Below, in pieces: positions 32,215-36,380 of a DNA stretch of 36,380 bases. Made by a program: the position numbers and the translations under genes. This DNA comes from a virus (lineage: Duplodnaviria > Caudoviricetes). Numbering within the stretch: position 1 is the first letter of the stretch; each line of letters begins with the position of its first letter. The stretch covers positions 1 to 36,380 of IMG/VR virus record IMGVR_UViG_3300028396_000020; one strand, given 5' to 3'. A model generated the notes under the pieces. It saw nothing but the letters and a program-made list of their open reading frames with translations, had not been told where the DNA came from and made no database searches.

Positions 32215-35087
32215 TATATTCTGTCGTTTCTATCTCTAATTCTACGTTCTGTAGCGTTACCACGCAAGTCTTTGTCTGCAACATAAGCTCTTACAGGCTT
32301 ACTTACGCCTATAGCTGTTGAGGTAGTAGCCTCTGCAATAGCCTTTAGGTAATCTACACTTTCATTGCTTTGGATTGACACGAGTCCACCTGTTGCGAAC
32401 TTATGTTGGCCCTGTAATGGTCTTACCTTGTAAGAATTATTTATACGCTCAAGTAAGTCTCGGTGCATATGAGAGGCTTTTTTATTTACTATAAACTCTC
32501 CACCTTCCATTTCATATCCACCTTTACCCTGTACAGAGAATGGTACACCGCCTTCAGAGTGAGAAGGTCCATTTACCATACCCCCTTCAGCAAACTTTTT
32601 AGGAACAAACTGACGCTGATTAATAGCTGCAACTTGTCCTGCATAAGATATTGCCGAAGCTCCAGATGTTATTAATGCGTTAATAGCACTTGCTGGGAAT
32701 GGCACTCCTGCAAGAACCTCATTTATGAAAGCTTGTGCAAGAGCAGCAAGATAATCAGCTTTAGCGTTATTTAAGTCTTGCTTTTTCTCTGCGTTAAAAC
32801 TTTGTCTTTCTACACTGTTCTCTTCAGCTACTTGAGCTTGTCTTAACTCTTTTTGCTTCTGTCTAAATTGAGACTCTGTAATTAATTGATTATCAAGTTG
32901 AGATTTTAATATATCTCCTTCTGTCTCGTATCTGTTTTTTATTAAATCAATTTCTGCATCTAATTCATTTTGAAGTTGCTGCAAACGCTCATCGGCTATA
33001 TTTTGATATATATCATTAGCCATATCCGCGCCTTCTTGAGCAAGTTGCTCTCCAAGTTGAAGAAGAGAATAAGCTGCTTCATCACCAAGTTTTTGAAAGA
33101 ACGTCCTTGCCTCTTCTATAGACTCTGGTGGAAATACGGGTGCCAATTGCAACGCTTCATCAGAATCCTCTAATATATCGGCAACATCTTTGGTTAGCTT
33201 TTTAGCAAATTCTTTTATGTAGCCTTTTGCTTCGCCAGTAGTGGAAAGTGAGGCCATCGCTTTATACAGGTTAGTTACAATAGCCTTTATATCAGCATCA
33301 TCAAACTGAAAATCTGCAATTTGCTGCTGAAGTGTTTCCAACTTACCTATTTCAGCAACAGTTTTTTTGTATTCATCAGAACCTTTGGTGAGTTTATCAA
33401 GGCTGTCTTTTGAAGCATCTATTTGCGTTTGAAGGTTTGCGTATTCTTCATTGGCAAGTCTGTTGGCTTCTAAAGCTTGTTTTTGATTTATTATCTCATT
33501 TTTTTTGCTTTTTAAAAGTTCTTGTCCAGCTTCTGTAACTTTTAGAATTGCTCGTTCTTGACCCGCGGAAGCAAGTAAATCATCTTTTTTTGTTCTTATA
33601 AGTTTTGCAGTTTCCTCAATAAGACCTCTATATGCTTGTTGACCTTGTTCGGTCATACCTGATATAGCATATCCATTCTTTAGTATCTGCTCATCGGAAT
33701 AAGATATCTTACCTCTGTCAATAAGTGTTTGTCTTGTTATCTTTTCAGCTTCTTTATAGATATTCTTTCCGTTTTTAACAACTTCTTTAGCGGCTGTTTC
33801 CGAACTTTCAGATATTAATTCAAAGAAGTCGTTATCTTTTAGTTGCTTGTAAGCAGCCAATTGATTTTCAACAGCTTCTGGTAATACTATTTTAAAGAAG
33901 TTGTTAAAAACAGTACCACCAATAGTGGAAGTGTCAGCGAGTTTAATTAAGAAAGCATCAAAAGCAGAATTTAATAATTTAAATTTACCCGAAAGCGTGT
34001 CTATTTGTTTTGCTGAAGCTTGCGTAGCAGCACCTAATTCACCAAATTTACCAGAATATTCCTCAAGCTTGTCAATGTTATTAATAAGCACAGTAGCTTG
34101 TGCTACCGCTGTCTTGCCAAATACCTCTGTAATCTCATTTAATGATAATTGCTCTCCTTTTAAAGATGTTAAAGTTTCCTTTAAACTCTCTCCAGATTCT
34201 CCTACCTCAAGCAAAATCTTACGAAGACCTGTACCAATACGAGATGCTTGGAAACCACTGTCTGCAAGAACACCCATTGCTGCTGCCGTTTCTTGGAATG
34301 TAATACCCAACTGCCCCGCAATAGGAGCAACATAGGCAATTGAAGTCCCAAAAGACTCAAAAGATAGTGCAGAGCCGTTAATTGCCGAGGTGAGTGTATC
34401 CGCTACAGAAGCTGCTTGTGAAGCATCAAGATTAAAAGCACGAATGGTAACACCAACTTTCTGTGCAATATCGCCAAGTCCTACGCCCAAAGCTTGTGCT
34501 GCGTTAGCTATAGCAAGCGTAGACTGTTGTATTTCTGCTGCTGAAAAACCAAGTTTACCAAGTTCTGTTTGAAGACCTGCAATTTCTACAGCCGTAAATG
34601 TCGTAGCACCTGCTACATCAAGAGTGTTTTTTCTTAAAGATTCAAGTTCAATTCCTGTAGCATTGGTAACAGCACCTACTCTGGCAGTAGCTGACTCTAA
34701 TTCTGCAAATCTCTTTACAGCACCTACTGTAAAAGTCTGTGCAAGTCTTAAAGCTCCATTAAGGAGTAAGTAACCACTATAGAAAGATATAATGGTTTTA
34801 ATATTCTTGAGCATCGTTGCTCCAAACCCTTTTGACTTCTTATTGTTGTCATCAGTGTTTTTACCGAACTTCTTTTGCTCTTTATTAGCCTCCTTTAAGT
34901 TGTCTTTGTACTTTTTAGTTTTAGCCGAAGCCTTATCTACTTCTTGCTCAAGTTTCTTTGTACTACCCGTTATTTTAGAGATAGTCTTATCAAGGTCAAT
35001 TAAACCTCCAGATACTTCTCTTACAGCTTTTGCTAATTTGCGTAGCGCATCTTGTAGAAACTGTATTCTATTACTTTGTTCTGCCAT
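32214..35087 (-). CDS. Tail tape measure protein (TP901/PhageMin_Tail type)
   Basis: TTFTAVEIA....ELGKLGFS, YVAPIA, LADSG.QAS..GTGLR; Ala-rich helical; C-terminal FAEGG..GPSH..GG. Confidence 0.93.
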   Translation of the reverse strand: MAEQSNRIQFLQDALRKLAKAVREVSGGLIDLDKTISKITGSTKKLEQEVDKASAKTKKYKDNLKEANKEQKKFGKNTDDNNKKSKGFGATMLKNIKTIISFYSGYLLLNGALRLAQTFTVGAVKRFAELESATARVGAVTNATGIELESLRKNTLDVAGATTFTAVEIAGLQTELGKLGFSAAEIQQSTLAIANAAQALGVGLGDIAQKVGVTIRAFNLDASQAASVADTLTSAINGSALSFESFGTSIAYVAPIAGQLGITFQETAAAMGVLADSGFQASRIGTGLRKILLEVGESGESLKETLTSLKGEQLSLNEITEVFGKTAVAQATVLINNIDKLEEYSGKFGELGAATQASAKQIDTLSGKFKLLNSAFDAFLIKLADTSTIGGTVFNNFFKIVLPEAVENQLAAYKQLKDNDFFELISESSETAAKEVVKNGKNIYKEAEKITRQTLIDRGKISYSDEQILKNGYAISGMTEQGQQAYRGLIEETAKLIRTKKDDLLASAGQERAILKVTEAGQELLKSKKNEIINQKQALEANRLANEEYANLQTQIDASKDSLDKLTKGSDEYKKTVAEIGKLETLQQQIADFQFDDADIKAIVTNLYKAMASLSTTGEAKGYIKEFAKKLTKDVADILEDSDEALQLAPVFPPESIEEARTFFQKLGDEAAYSLLQLGEQLAQEGADMANDIYQNIADERLQQLQNELDAEIDLIKNRYETEGDILKSQLDNQLITESQFRQKQKELRQAQVAEENSVERQSFNAEKKQDLNNAKADYLAALAQAFINEVLAGVPFPASAINALITSGASAISYAGQVAAINQRQFVPKKFAEGGMVNGPSHSEGGVPFSVQGKGGYEMEGGEFIVNKKASHMHRDLLERINNSYKVRPLQGQHKFATGGLVSIQSNESVDYLKAIAEATTSTAIGVSKPVRAYVADKDLRGNATERRIRDRNDRI

Positions 35088-35088
35088 T

Positions 35089-35760
35089 TTATAGCTTGCT
35101 TAACATTTTATCTAACTTATTGATTACCGTTCCATAGGTGTAATCATCGTAATCATTTAAATAACGGGTGAAGGCTCTTTGTAAGGCCCCGTTAAGTCCA
35201 TTCTTCCCTTTAAGGAAGCCTAACCAACCCGTTTCTCTAACTCCAACTGAACTAATCTTTTTTGTAACGTGGTATGATATGTTCCAAGCTGCGCTTGTTG
35301 TCATTTCGCCTCCACTTATGTTGCCTCCTCTATAGAACCACTGACCTGTAGGGTATCTGTTTGCCTTGGCTAATACCCATCTGTATATATCGTTCTGATT
35401 AACCACGTCTGGCTTACCACCTTTATCAAGAGTATCTCCATAAGCTTCCATATCAATTCTTGCGGAAACTTGCTCAATCCCAATACCTAAACCCAAATAA
35501 GCATCAACTTTAATTTTTGATGTTATTCTTTTGCCCCAATTTGTCTGACCGTCTTTATTAGGGGTAATACTTTTCTCTAACCTACCAGTTGCTTTGTGTA
35601 TATAAGGTTCCCCGTCTATAGCAGTACCTTTTAAGTTAGATTTTAATCTGCTTATTATCTGTGATTTATTAAGCTCTTGTTGTATGTAGAAACGCAAAGC
35701 ACCCTGCTGCTGTTGTTTAGCGGCATCGCGGTTCTTCATTCTATTTACATTAACAGCCAT
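35089..35760 (-). CDS. Putative neck/tail-completion protein (allele B)
   Basis: About 23 of 223 residues differ from 35-706 (manual count). Confidence 0.5.
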   Translation of the reverse strand: MAVNVNRMKNRDAAKQQQQGALRFYIQQELNKSQIISRLKSNLKGTAIDGEPYIHKATGRLEKSITPNKDGQTNWGKRITSKIKVDAYLGLGIGIEQVSARIDMEAYGDTLDKGGKPDVVNQNDIYRWVLAKANRYPTGQWFYRGGNISGGEMTTSAAWNISYHVTKKISSVGVRETGWLGFLKGKNGLNGALQRAFTRYLNDYDDYTYGTVINKLDKMLSKL

Positions 35761-36200
35761 TAAATGTCAATGTCTCTCAAGTACGGATTTCTTCCTACAA
35801 CGAATGTTGCGTTACTTACAGAGGCAGTGATGTTGTAGTCTTCTGAAGAGAAGCCTCTCATACTAACCTCTTGGAAGCTTTGCTCACCATCAAGGTTTTG
35901 TATGAAGTAGTCTTGTAACTGACCCATCACGAATAAGTTCTCTTGATTAGAGTTTATAAGCGACAAAGGTTGGTCTACAGCTACCTTGTCTACAATCACT
36001 ATATTGAAGTTAACATCGTATATAGGGTTGCCACCATCTCTTGAGATATTAGCATCCTCTAATGCGATGAACAATCCTCTATGATTGATTTGTATGTTCT
36101 CTAAATCGTCTAATGAGTTGAGCAGCTTAAATTCGCTAACCATAGAATGATTAGTTCCAAATTGCTCAAACAACTCGTATATAGTGGTTAAATCGTTCAC
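35760..36200 (-). CDS. Putative tail terminator-like protein (second copy)
   Basis: Identical to 706-1146 except G>D near the C-terminus. Confidence 0.5.
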   Translation of the reverse strand: MNDLTTIYELFEQFGTNHSMVSEFKLLNSLDDLENIQINHRGLFIALEDANISRDGGNPIYDVNFNIVIVDKVAVDQPLSLINSNQENLFVMGQLQDYFIQNLDGEQSFQEVSMRGFSSEDYNITASVSNATFVVGRNPYLRDIDI

Positions 36201-36380
36201 AGCGGTCTTTTCTTAATTTACAATTTACGGAGTGCCTCTGATTGTCTTCTATTCGCATCATCTATCTTATTCTTCTGCGCGAGGTATGACATTTCGGGTA
36301 GTACGCTTCCCATAGGTAGCATATATATCTCTGCATACCTTCTGATATCTTCTTGTGCTAACATTCGCACTATAGAGTAC

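Larger units (their letters stand above)
35055..36380. repeat. Right copy of imperfect terminal direct repeat
   Basis: Collinear with 1-1326 at offset 35,054. Confidence 0.97.

Noticed and set aside
2095-35094. Many antisense or nested ORFs in the track (e.g. 2612-3043, 14222-14536, 20571-20921, 27148-27420, 33901-34335)
   Set aside because: They are shadows of well-supported genes on the other strand or frame, with no motifs or start context.
1-36380. Alternative genetic code, introns or inteins
   Set aside because: Core genes (terL, portal, capsid, tape measure, helicase) are intact, of normal length and tightly packed under code 11.

Overview
Essentially complete genome (unit length about 35,054 bp) of a small tailed dsDNA phage, probably a siphovirus. 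The host is probably Bacteroidota/Flavobacteria, inferred from SD-less A-rich translation starts, TAnnTTTG promoter-like sites and protein families. Bases 1-1326 recur, in diverged form, at 35055-36380. There are three blocks. (i) A short leftward early cluster of hypothetical genes (6541->4471). (ii) A rightward early/middle operon (7316->19605) with DnaA-C-like HTH proteins, an SSAP plus RecE-like exonuclease, SSB, an SF4 helicase, PD-(D/E)XK nucleases, RusA, HNH and GIY-YIG endonucleases, a gp55-like sigma candidate and lysis genes. (iii) A leftward late operon that starts near 3854 and wraps across the ends to 19681, covering terminase, tail, tape measure, protease, capsid, two tail-tube paralogs, fibre and portal. 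I recognise no integrase, DNA polymerase, primase or methyltransferase. Most notable observations: an array of small gene cassettes joined by a recurring ~24-nt stop/start junction, one cassette being non-coding with helically phased motifs; a putative T4-gp55-like sigma with six exact copies of a candidate late promoter TTGTAAATTAA; a tRNA-like minihelix; a candidate antisense sRNA; and a 41-aa peptide resembling the redox C-terminal tail of ribonucleotide reductase. Protein calls come from motif recognition only, with no database searches.
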